Shown: positions 1-8,748, counted from the first letter of the stretch. The stretch is 24,624 bases of DNA from Synechococcus sp. (GCA_051439605.1 JBFRWN010000120.1:1-24624); one strand, 5' to 3'. Made by a program: numbers and translations. Notes: generated from the letters alone by a model not told the origin.

Positions 1-2
1 CC

Positions 3-1604
3 CGAGGGATCGGAATTGGCGATCTGGTCGAACAGTCCGGTAATTTGCTCTCCGTTACGTTAGGGCCTGGGTTGCTGGGTCAGGTGTACGACGGCCTTCA
101 AAATCCCCTCGAAGGTTTGGCAGTGGGGCACGGGACCTTTTTGCCCAGAGGGGTTTACGTCCCCTCTCTGGATATGGTCAAAAAATGGGCCTTTAATCCG
201 GCTGTTGAATTTGGCACCAAGCTAAAGGCCGGAGATACCCTCGGTACCGTGCAAGAGGGCCGCTACACCCACAAGATCTCGATTCCGTTTGACGAGCCTG
301 GGGAAGTGGACGTTACCTGGATTCAGGAGGGTAGCTTTACAGTCGATACTCCGATCGCCCGCATCCGTACCCAAAACGGGCAGGAACGCACGCTGAATAT
401 GATGCGGCAATGGCCTGTGCGCCGGGCCCTGCCCCAAATGTTGTTAGATCGACGCTATTCCCAGCGGCTCTATCCCCAAGAGCCGATGATCACCACTCAG
501 CGAATTATTGATACCTTCTTCCCCATCGCCAGAGGGGGGACCGGCTGCATTCCCGGTCCTTTCGGTGCCGGAAAAACCGTTCTGCAAAACATGATATCGC
601 GGTTTTCTGACGTCGATATCGTGATTGTGGTGGCCTGCGGCGAGCGGGCGGGGGAGGTGGTGGAAACTATTACCGAATTTCCCAAACTCACCGATCCCAA
701 AACCGGTTCTTCCCTGATGGATCGGACCATCATTATTTGCAACACTTCGTCCATGCCGGTGGCCGCTCGCGAGGCATCCATTTACACCGGCATCACGCTG
801 GCCGAATACTACCGGCAGATGGGATACGACGTGCTGATGATTGCTGACTCCACCTCCCGCTGGGCCCAGGCGATGCGTGAAACCTCGGGACGGATGGAAG
901 AAATTCCGGGTGAAGAAGCCTTCCCTGCCTATCTGGATTCGTCGGTCAAAGGGGTTTACGAACGGGCTGGCGTCATCAAAACGAACGACGGCAGCGTGGG
1001 CAGTTTTACGATGATCGGCACCGTTTCCCCGGCGGGTGGAAACTTCGAGGAACCCGTCACACAGTCCACCTTGAGCACCGTCAAGACTTTTTTAGGGCTG
1101 AGTTACGACCGTGCGTACAAGCGGTTCTATCCTGCTGTCGATCCCTTGATCTCGTGGTCCCGTTACACCTCCCAACTGAATGACTGGTTTGAGCAAGAAC
1201 TTCAGAATGGATGGACCGATCGCGTCAACGAGATGGTCGACCTACTCAAACGCGGGGACAGTGTTTATCAAATGATGCAGGTCACGGGTGAAGAGGGTAC
1301 CCCGCTGGATGACTTTATCACTTATCAGAAATCCCTCTTTTTAGATATGGTTTACCTGCAGCAGGATGCGTTCGATTCGGTGGATGCAAGTGCTCCGCTG
1401 AAGCGCCAGAAAGGTACTTTTTCAATGGTTTACGATCTGGTCAACCGCGAGTACACCTTCGAGGACAAATCAACGGCGAGGGACTTCTTCACCCGCATTA
1501 CCGGTCTGTTTAAAAACCTCAATTATGCGGCAGACCCTTCCCAAGAGCGATCTGACCTGCAGAAGCAAATTCTCGCAGCAGCCGATGCAGTGACAGCTAA
1601 TTAA
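3..1604 (+). CDS. atpA: V/A-type ATP synthase catalytic subunit A, 5'-truncated by the window edge
   Basis: Frame is open from base 3 (RGIGIGDLVEQSGNLLSVTLGPGLLG...). Walker A GPFGAGKT, ACGERAGE, NTSSMPVAAREASIYTG, ADSTSRWAQAMRE and EEIPGEEAFPAYL are diagnostic of V/A-type subunit A (NtpA), not F-type alpha or beta. Confidence 0.96.
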   Translation, partial: RGIGIGDLVEQSGNLLSVTLGPGLLGQVYDGLQNPLEGLAVGHGTFLPRGVYVPSLDMVKKWAFNPAVEFGTKLKAGDTLGTVQEGRYTHKISIPFDEPGEVDVTWIQEGSFTVDTPIARIRTQNGQERTLNMMRQWPVRRALPQMLLDRRYSQRLYPQEPMITTQRIIDTFFPIARGGTGCIPGPFGAGKTVLQNMISRFSDVDIVIVVACGERAGEVVETITEFPKLTDPKTGSSLMDRTIIICNTSSMPVAAREASIYTGITLAEYYRQMGYDVLMIADSTSRWAQAMRETSGRMEEIPGEEAFPAYLDSSVKGVYERAGVIKTNDGSVGSFTMIGTVSPAGGNFEEPVTQSTLSTVKTFLGLSYDRAYKRFYPAVDPLISWSRYTSQLNDWFEQELQNGWTDRVNEMVDLLKRGDSVYQMMQVTGEEGTPLDDFITYQKSLFLDMVYLQQDAFDSVDASAPLKRQKGTFSMVYDLVNREYTFEDKSTARDFFTRITGLFKNLNYAADPSQERSDLQKQILAAADAVTAN

Positions 1605-1715
1605 TTGTGTTTGGCTGGAGCGTTAGACTTTGGCAGCAATCGTGGATGTCTAGCAAGATGGAGGCTGCCGTCCACCTTACTGGTACGCTGCTCCTGTCTC
1701 TATATTCTGCGCTCG

Positions 1716-2399
1716 ATGCTGCCTAGATTCCTCGCTAGGATACGATCCTCCTGGCAACTGAGACTGTTTACAGGCCCCTATTCGCTACTCGTATTTCTGC
1801 TGGTGGGGATGTACGTCTCGATCGGACTCTTTCCTCAAGGAACGAGTCTGCTTTCAGATATTCTATTGATTTCGGTGGTGCTGATCACCCTAGATACGTT
1901 GGTTGTCAGTCGTCGACTCCGCATATTCTACATATCGATTGCCAGTTCAGCGTTTGGAGTGAAACTGCTTTACTATTGGGCCTCCAGACTGGAACTCCCC
2001 CTCGAAACATCTGCTCAACTTATCCTTGCTACTATCTGGACGATATTTTTCGGACTATCAATTGTCTTGGTGATCCAAAGTATATATGGCGTGCAAAAGG
2101 TCACTCTAGACACCGTTATGGGTGGTATCTGTGTTTTTTTGATGTTGGGTTACTTTTGGTATTTGATCTTTGCCATTTTAATGATTCTAAATCCCAACGC
2201 ATTTACGGGGCCAGATGGTATCCCTGACAATTTCGACTTAATTTACTTTAGCTTTACCACCCTGACGAGTTTGGGCTATGGAGAATTTACCCCAGTTTCT
2301 CGTATGGCAAAAGTGACCTCTAATTTGGAGGCAGTTTGTGGAGTTCTGTATCCAGCTATATTTATTGCTCGCTTGGTTAACGATTATCAGAGAAGGTGA
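1716..2399 (+). CDS. Potassium-channel family membrane protein (Ion_trans_2 pore domain)
   Basis: Several hydrophobic helices, then pore helix/filter YFSFTTLTSLGYGEFTP and inner helix EAVCGVLYPAIFIARLV. ATG at 1716 is preferred over TTG at 1605. Confidence 0.85.
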   Translation: MLPRFLARIRSSWQLRLFTGPYSLLVFLLVGMYVSIGLFPQGTSLLSDILLISVVLITLDTLVVSRRLRIFYISIASSAFGVKLLYYWASRLELPLETSAQLILATIWTIFFGLSIVLVIQSIYGVQKVTLDTVMGGICVFLMLGYFWYLIFAILMILNPNAFTGPDGIPDNFDLIYFSFTTLTSLGYGEFTPVSRMAKVTSNLEAVCGVLYPAIFIARLVNDYQRR

Positions 2400-2412
2400 G
2401 CTCGATCGTCGA

Positions 2413-3609
2413 TTAGCCCACCAGATTGAGAAAGCGCTGGATGATAAACGCATTCGAAATATCAATAAAGAATGCCCCTACCAACGGCACGATGATGAAC
2501 GCCTGCGGAGAGGGACCAAATTTCTCGGTAATCGCCGTCATATTGGCAATGGCGGTTGGTGTCGCTCCCAATCCTAACCCTACGTAGCCGCCTGCGATCA
2601 CAGCTGCATCGTAGGTTTTTCCCATAATCCGAAAAATCACGAAAATAGCAAACAAAGTAATCACTACAAGCTGAGCAAACAACAATAGGGTTACTGGTCC
2701 TGCTAGGTCTACCAACGTCCAAAGCTCGAGGCTCATGAGGGACATGGCCAGAAATAGTCCGAGACTGATGTCTGCAATTAAGGCCATTGAGGGAGTATTA
2801 GACGGCCAAGGTAGCTTCTTAAACACTGCAGGGAAAAAGTTAGTCAATAGAATTCCCATAAAAAGACAGACAACAAAATCAGGTATTTTCAAGCCACCTG
2901 CGGCCAATGCAACATTGAGCTGGATTCCCAAACCCACTGCAATAGTGAGAACTAACATCGATTGCAACATGGTGTTGTATTCAACCTCAACCTCCTCTGT
3001 TTCAAGTTCAACACCAACGGTGAGGGTCTCTGTACTGGTGGATTTGAGGTTGTGTTGGTTAATCAGAAGCTTCGCAATTGGACCACCCATCACCCCTCCC
3101 AAAATTAAACCGAATGTTGCGCTAGCGATGCCAATTTCTGCCGCGTTAGCAATACCGTAATTCTCAATAAAGGTTTTCGACCAAGCGATTGTGGTGCCAT
3201 GTCCGCCACTAAGAGATACCGATCCAGCCAAAACGCCAGCAGACAAATCCAAACCAGTCAGGGCGGCAACAATAATGCCAGTGAGATTCTGTATAACTAA
3301 ATAACTGACTGCAGCTACCAATAATATCAGCAGGGGTTTACCACCTTTGATGAGCGTTTTGATCTTTGAAGACAAACCAATCGTCGTAAAAAATACGAGC
3401 AATAGTGCATCTCGCATTCCTAAGGCAAATTCGAGTTCAATCCCGAAGACCCAGTACAACAATCCAAATACAACCGATGCCAAAACCCCACCGGTCACCG
3501 GTTCTGGGATATTGAAATTCTGCAGAAAAACAATTCTCCTGTTGATATATTTGCCCAGGAAAAGTACAAGGATGGCAATAATTAGAGTAAGCCGAGGTGT
3601 CACATTCAT
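2413..3609 (-). CDS. gltS: Sodium/glutamate symporter GltS
   Basis: Motifs NIPEPVTGG, FFTTIGL, GSVSLSGGHGT, GLGATPTAIANM and AFIIVPLVGAFFID. ATG at 3609 gives 398 aa, a typical GltS length. Confidence 0.95.
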   Translation of the reverse strand: MNVTPRLTLIIAILVLFLGKYINRRIVFLQNFNIPEPVTGGVLASVVFGLLYWVFGIELEFALGMRDALLLVFFTTIGLSSKIKTLIKGGKPLLILLVAAVSYLVIQNLTGIIVAALTGLDLSAGVLAGSVSLSGGHGTTIAWSKTFIENYGIANAAEIGIASATFGLILGGVMGGPIAKLLINQHNLKSTSTETLTVGVELETEEVEVEYNTMLQSMLVLTIAVGLGIQLNVALAAGGLKIPDFVVCLFMGILLTNFFPAVFKKLPWPSNTPSMALIADISLGLFLAMSLMSLELWTLVDLAGPVTLLLFAQLVVITLFAIFVIFRIMGKTYDAAVIAGGYVGLGLGATPTAIANMTAITEKFGPSPQAFIIVPLVGAFFIDISNAFIIQRFLNLVG

Positions 3610-3723
3610 GTTGAAGAGCTTGTGTGAACTTTCTGGGCGCGATCGCGACAGGACCATTTTCAGCAGTTGAGAATAGAGATCGGAGGTCTGTAACTTTGGC
3701 CCTGAGCCTCCATATTGGCAGTC

Positions 3724-3960
3724 ATGTCCAGTTCGATCTACTTTATCCTCAACGACCGCGACGTCGCGACTGCAGAATTTCCGGGCGTCACGGTTTTAGA
3801 TTTTCTGCGGCTGACCGAACGAATGACCGGGATGAAGGAAGGCTGTCGGGAAGGGGGATGTGGGGCCTGTGCGGTGTTACTGGGGAACCTAGGACCAGCG
3901 GGGATTGAGACTTGCTCTATGAGTTGTTACCCATTGAATTTGTGGAAGATCGCAGATTAA
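3724..3960 (+). pseudogene. N-terminal 2Fe-2S fragment of a xanthine dehydrogenase small subunit (XdhA-like)
   Basis: FILN...TVLDFLR...TGMKEGCREGGCGACAV matches the XdhA/CoxS Fer2 motif. The ORF stops after 78 aa with no second Fe-S domain or FAD domain, and no xdhB follows. Confidence 0.75.
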
Positions 3961-4026
3961 ATAATCCTTAATGTATCTATACCCCTGGCCATCCTCTCGA
4001 CGGTCGGGGAAATTGTGAGGTGTTGA

Positions 4027-4188
4027 ATGAAGACCCAAGAATTGACTTACTTTCAATTAAGAGAACTCGCTCAAGAGTTCAATATTCCTGGCTGGTCCCG
4101 CATGCGAAAGTCCGATCTTAAGCAAAGGATTGCAGAAAGATTATCGATGAATGCACCTGCTATAGCTCAACCTGTTCGAGCAGCTTAG
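4027..4188 (+). CDS. Stand-alone Rho termination factor N-terminal (Rho_N) domain microprotein, 53 aa
   Basis: Hand translation: MKTQELTYFQLRELAQEFNIPGWSRMRKSDLKQRIAERLSMNAPAIAQPVRAA*. The LT..QLRELA....I...SRMRK.DL pattern fits Rho_N. SD-like GAGGTG at 4017-4022. Absent from the ORF track (<60 aa). Confidence 0.8.
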   Translation: MKTQELTYFQLRELAQEFNIPGWSRMRKSDLKQRIAERLSMNAPAIAQPVRAA

Positions 4189-4244
4189 TTCAAAAGTTGC
4201 CAAGCCAAAACTGACAGGAAAACATGCCTGTGATTTGCTTGCAA

Positions 4245-4375
4245 CGTTAGTTCGATAGAATTAGCCCCCAATGCAAATTCTGGGGCTACTTGAAAGGAAA
4301 TATAGGCTTTCGAGGCTCTTGTTCCCCTTTCCCGAGCCGGGAGAGGGGCTAGGGGAGAGGGCCATCGAACTCAGG
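4245..4375. mobile_element. MITE, 131 bp, with imperfect TIRs and a 10-bp target-site duplication
   Basis: TTGCTTGCAA at 4235-4244 and again at 4376-4385. Ends CGTTAGTTCGATAG and CCATCGAACTCAGG match as an inverted repeat at 11/14. Internal hairpins TAGCCCC..GGGGCTA and CCCCTTTCCC..GGGAGAGGGG. Confidence 0.8.
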
Positions 4376-4424
4376 TTGCTTGCAAGGTTTTTGGCTCAAC
4401 GGACTCAAGATATTCCCAATCATG

Positions 4425-4462
4425 ATAAAAGACTCCATCCCTTGCCCGATGGAGTCTTTTAT
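4425..4462. terminator. Bidirectional intrinsic terminator
   Basis: Perfect 15-bp inverted repeat ATAAAAGACTCCATC / GATGGAGTCTTTTAT with an 8-nt loop and A/T tracts on both sides, between convergent genes. Confidence 0.8.
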
Positions 4463-4511
4463 GAGGAGTTGAGCCAATACTAAAAGCTGGGATTGTTAGA
4501 ATTCAGCTCTG

Positions 4512-7040
4512 TTACACAGTCGTGAAATGGCTTTCGTCCAATAAGTTTCTCTGTACCCCGATGAGTGACGCGAGAATGTTGTTCCCCTGGCGAATGAGGG
4601 TATTTCCTGCCTCGTAAACCAAGTTTAGTTCCCTGAACGTCAATCCGCCCGACAATCCCATTAAATCAGTGCCAATCGTAAAGTCAGTGATCCTATCCGT
4701 ACCGGCATTTTCGCTCAGAACAAAGATATCGCTGCCTCCTCTGCCCGTTAGAGTATCGTGACCGTTACCACCGTTCAGAACATTACTGCTGCCATTACCG
4801 ATAAGAGTATCGTTAAAGTCCGAACCCAGAACATTGAGAGCCGATCCAGATATACCGTTAGTCACATCTGAATCTGTCAGTGCGTCATACCAAACATCGG
4901 CCATTTGGCGATATCCTCTCGAGGTCAGATGAATCCCATCTGACAGCAATTCTCGTTCTAAGCTGGGGGTGGCGTTAAACATATCCACAAAGGTCACTTG
5001 CTTGCCAGTGGCAACACTAGGGCGAACAACCTCCGCTATAATTCTGCTATTGAAATGAGCTGTTTGATTTTCTCGCGCAGTCGTTGAGGTATTCGGAATA
5101 ATCGAACTCAACAAAATATTGGTGTGGGGGGAAGCTGCGTCGATGCGATCGATCAGATGCCGAAGCTCGCGCAGCATGTTCCCGACACTATCGCCCTGTA
5201 GGATGTCATTTGTGCCTGCCATCAGCAGAACTGAATGGGGATCGCCCGATACAGCTGCCTCAATGTCGATATAACGCGGCCCACTCCCGTTAAAGTTGGG
5301 TCCACCACCGTTGCTTAGCTCATCGATGGTAAATCCACCCCGGCCTTCATGATCGCGGTCAATGTCTGATGGACCGTGTTGAGAAGTCCCCAGAAAATCA
5401 ACGTTAAAACCATTCGCATCGAGATCTCGATAGAGCTTAGTACGATATCCACCGTTGGTTGCTCTGTGGGGAAATGCACGAGTATTTGAGTCTCCCAGAG
5501 CAAGAACCTTCATTTCTTCACCTGGGATAGCACCAAACTGATAGGTTGCAGTGCGTGCACTCAAATCTACAGTTACTCCGCTAGTGGCACGATCGAAGCG
5601 AACAAAGGGTCCAACAGGGTCTACCGGATCTACTGAGTCTGCAGGCCTAATCTCGACATAGTCGATCCGGCCCCATTCTCCCGCAGGATCGCTAGCGGTC
5701 CCGCGGAGAGTAACCAACTCCCCATTGGTTAAATCTTGGCTAGATATGGTGCGGGTTCTAAACGAGTTTGCATTCGGGACCGCCGCTCTCCCGGTAGATT
5801 CGTTCAGGCTCCACCGATCGACGGTGTCACCTCCGATATCTACTTCAATTTCACCAACCCCGTCGCTTTCATCAAAATAGGCAATGGTGATGTCGTAACG
5901 CCCCGAACGCCCTCCGAAAGTAAAAGATGCCGTACCTGTTTCACCGGGTACTGAGCCGTTGGGGTTGTAGAGGCTAATGAGCTGATTCCCAGACGCAATC
6001 GTTCTTGACTCAATCTGGTACGTCGAAGAGAGAGCCATATCCTCCGCTTCGATGAATAGATCCTGGGTAGGGGGAGGAGTTACCGGATCTCCAGGGTCCA
6101 CAGGGTCCATAGGATCAACGGGATCCACAGGGTCCACAGGGTCCACAGGGTCTACAGGATTAATCTCGACATAGTCGATCCGGCCCCATTCCCCTGCAGG
6201 ATCGCTAGCAGTCCCACGCAGGGTAACCAGTGAACCATTCCTCAAATCTTGGCTAGATATAGTGCGGGTTCTAAATGAGTTTGTATTCGGGACCGTCGCT
6301 CTCCCGGTAGATTCGTTCAGGATCCACCGATCGACAGTGTTACCCCCAATATCTACTTGAATTTCTCCAACCCCGTCGCTTTCGTCAAAGTACGCGATGG
6401 TGATGTCGTAGAGCCCCGAACTTCCTCCGAAGGTAAAAGATGCCGTACCTGTTTCACCGGGTACTGAGCCGTTGGGGTTGTAGAGGCTAATAAGCTGATT
6501 TCCAGAAGCAATCGTTCTTGACTCAATCTGGTACGCCGAAGAGAGAGCCATATCCTCCGCTTCGATGAATAGATCCTGGGTAGGGGGAGGAGTTACTGGG
6601 TCTACCGGGTCGGGGTTGGAGGAAACAGGCGTTATAGGGTCGAATTCGATGTAATCAAATCGGGCCAACTCCCCGTTGTCTCGGGTGCCAGCAATTTCAA
6701 TAATGTCGTTTGTGTTGAGTATCAGCTCGTCTGCGAGGACTCGCTCAAAATAATTGTTCGCTTGGGCGCGATCCCCACCCGGATTGACATTTAGGAACAA
6801 GTCAAATTGTTGATTGCCTATGTCGAACGATATAGTGCCGTTGCCATCTGATTCATCAAAGAAGCCTACGCTAACTCGATAGCTTCCACTAACCCCAGTA
6901 AACTGAGTAGTCGCAATGGCGGTGGATCCGCTGGGGCCCAGGTTACGAATTAATGCAGAGCCAGAGGCTACGCTCACTCCACTCTCAACCTGATAGCCAG
7001 AAAGTAAAGTTAAATCCTCTGCTTCCAAACGAATAGGCAT
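4512..7040 (-). CDS. Secreted multidomain protein: three CBM6/CBM35-like modules, PVD linkers, SGNH/GDSL (CE3-like) esterase and RTX Ca-binding C-terminus
   Basis: Three modules beginning (L/I)EAED and ending (F/I)DY(I/V)E. SGNH blocks LGDSNT, HEGRGG, GTND and DGIH. C-terminal GNGSSNVLNGGNGHDTLTGRGGSDIF..DRITDF. No Sec signal, consistent with type I secretion. Confidence 0.88.
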   Translation of the reverse strand: MPIRLEAEDLTLLSGYQVESGVSVASGSALIRNLGPSGSTAIATTQFTGVSGSYRVSVGFFDESDGNGTISFDIGNQQFDLFLNVNPGGDRAQANNYFERVLADELILNTNDIIEIAGTRDNGELARFDYIEFDPITPVSSNPDPVDPVTPPPTQDLFIEAEDMALSSAYQIESRTIASGNQLISLYNPNGSVPGETGTASFTFGGSSGLYDITIAYFDESDGVGEIQVDIGGNTVDRWILNESTGRATVPNTNSFRTRTISSQDLRNGSLVTLRGTASDPAGEWGRIDYVEINPVDPVDPVDPVDPVDPMDPVDPGDPVTPPPTQDLFIEAEDMALSSTYQIESRTIASGNQLISLYNPNGSVPGETGTASFTFGGRSGRYDITIAYFDESDGVGEIEVDIGGDTVDRWSLNESTGRAAVPNANSFRTRTISSQDLTNGELVTLRGTASDPAGEWGRIDYVEIRPADSVDPVDPVGPFVRFDRATSGVTVDLSARTATYQFGAIPGEEMKVLALGDSNTRAFPHRATNGGYRTKLYRDLDANGFNVDFLGTSQHGPSDIDRDHEGRGGFTIDELSNGGGPNFNGSGPRYIDIEAAVSGDPHSVLLMAGTNDILQGDSVGNMLRELRHLIDRIDAASPHTNILLSSIIPNTSTTARENQTAHFNSRIIAEVVRPSVATGKQVTFVDMFNATPSLERELLSDGIHLTSRGYRQMADVWYDALTDSDVTNGISGSALNVLGSDFNDTLIGNGSSNVLNGGNGHDTLTGRGGSDIFVLSENAGTDRITDFTIGTDLMGLSGGLTFRELNLVYEAGNTLIRQGNNILASLIGVQRNLLDESHFTTV
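5648..6596. repeat. Internal in-frame direct duplication: two 436-bp copies (5648-6083 and 6161-6596)
   Basis: Both copies start TAATCTCGACATAGTCGATCCGGCCCC and end GGGTAGGGGGAGGAGTTAC. Offset is 513 bp (171 codons). They encode CBM modules 3 and 2. Confidence 0.95.
6084..6160. repeat. 9-bp tandem repeat (GGGTCCACA-like) encoding a (PVD)n linker
   Basis: ...ggatccacagggtccacagggtccacagggtctacagg...; protein NPVDPVDPVDPVDPVDPMDPVDPGDPV. Confidence 0.9.
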
Positions 7041-8063
7041 ATCCTAAATAATTCCTTTAAATCTTGAATAGTTTGTTTGTCAAGCCTTAGAGAGGCATGA
7101 GGAGAAATTAGATAGATCTGTGGTCAAGCACTCAATCTATTGAAAGAAGCTTCAATAATTTAACGATTGCCGTGGAAAGAAACCGGGAACATGTCAAGCC
7201 ATTAAGCGTCTGAATTATTGCATAATTACGTATATGACCAGTTGTTTTTTGGTCAAGAAGCATTTTTCTACGCATATCCACACGGAAATACGAGCCAAGG
7301 GTCTCAATTTACACTCTCTTTTTTGACTGTTAGGCATTCCAGAGTGCTCAAGCCGGAAGGCAGCGAATTTTCGTACATGAAAAGAAGGCTCTTAGTGTTA
7401 ATTTTTTATTAAGCGTGGTTCCCGCAGTTTTAACGCTTACATCTAGTTCCATGTGCTGATAAGTTCTGCCTGTCTCTACTTGAATGATGCTGTATAGGCT
7501 CTACCAATTGGGTAAGGAATCGAGCCAAAGTATGGCTGGGTCATACAACGTTGAACCAGTCCATGACCCAGGGTCAATAGGGAGACGTTATTGCCATGGG
7601 ACTCAAGATTGCAAGAGTGCTGTATATAGCCTTGACTGATCGCCTTTAATGCAATCTCAGTAATAGACTTGCGCTGTATCTCCTAGTGTTAAGCAAATGA
7701 GCCAACTGACTGTGCCCCCTTCTCTTTACTGTCCATAGGTCAACAACCAACCCTGCATTCAACCCCAAAAAAGCAGAATCTCGAACTTAGACAGATAGGA
7801 TTATTTCCAAAGAGGTCTAACCCCAAAACTACCGCATGCAACAAGAGAAATAGTATTCCTAAATAGCAGGAATATGCTCATGTCTTGCCGGGGGTACTCA
7901 ACTGAGTGGCAATGATGTAACTAGCATCGACAAGGATATCTGGTGATGCCAGCTTACAATCAAGCCAATGACTTTATGAATATCCACGTTAGGTGAATAG
8001 CCAAAGAAGAGTCTCTATGAATATTGATATCCCGTAGTTCAGAAGAACGAAGATTCTAAAGTC

Positions 8064-8669
8064 TTACTTGTTAATCCGATTGGTAGCTGTATTTATTATG
8101 GGAAAAGCTTTGTCAACAGGGACGGGAACGCCGAGGAATGAACATATTTCTTCCCAGGAATCCCCATTCTCCCAGCAAACCTCGAGTAACTTTCCTGGAC
8201 GATCCTTGAAATAATCGCGCACTTCTTGATTGTGTTGATTGTAACGGGCTACATAGTCTGCCTCATGACCTTGTGGCATTGCAAAACCAAAGAACTTTTC
8301 TCTACCCACCGTAGGTCCAACCTTTTCTGCATGTCGAATCATACTGTTCAGCCAGACTTCTGCATTAGCTCGCGTTGTCAAAATAAAGCGACTTTTTGGA
8401 AAGTGAAAGTCCATTTCTTTATAGATCAGCGGGTAAGGCCAATCTTCGAAGCTTTCATACCGATCGACCCAACGAAGAACATTCTCTAAGTTTCCGCGCT
8501 GGAGCTGATCGAGCAGATAGCCACGCTTTGCATGAGTGTGCTGGAACCCTAGAGTTTCAAGAGCAGCTCCCAAACTTGTGGTTCCGGTCTTAAGATTGCC
8601 AATGCCAAAAATCTTTACTTGTTCAGCCCTGTTGGGGCGCTTGAAGAGCTGAAAGGGAAAGAATTTCAT
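8064..8669 (-). CDS. Sulfotransferase family protein (Sulfotransfer_4-like)
   Basis: 5'-PSB-like loop IFGIGNLKTGTTSL, then DWPY, FPKSRFILTTR..WLNS and WEEICSFLG. ATG at 8669. Confidence 0.85.
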   Translation of the reverse strand: MKFFPFQLFKRPNRAEQVKIFGIGNLKTGTTSLGAALETLGFQHTHAKRGYLLDQLQRGNLENVLRWVDRYESFEDWPYPLIYKEMDFHFPKSRFILTTRANAEVWLNSMIRHAEKVGPTVGREKFFGFAMPQGHEADYVARYNQHNQEVRDYFKDRPGKLLEVCWENGDSWEEICSFLGVPVPVDKAFPIINTATNRINK

Positions 8670-8748
8670 GGCCAATTTTTCTAAGGGTTTTCTGGCTGTA
8701 TCATCTTACACCAGTATGTTTGTTATGACGCGTCGGAGAGAAGATGTT

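Noticed and set aside
1605..1715. N-terminal extension of the K+ channel ORF from TTG 1605
   Set aside because: It starts immediately after the atpA stop with no SD and reads as non-protein-like sequence. ATG 1716 is more plausible.
4271..4483. 70-aa ORF
   Set aside because: It runs through the MITE and the terminator hairpin, so it is repeat-derived.
6084..6160. Short tandem repeats as a possible CRISPR array
   Set aside because: 9-bp coding repeats with no spacers. No CRISPR array or cas gene was seen in the window.
7218..7412. 64-aa ORF in the long intergenic gap
   Set aside because: TTG start, no SD and no recognisable motif.
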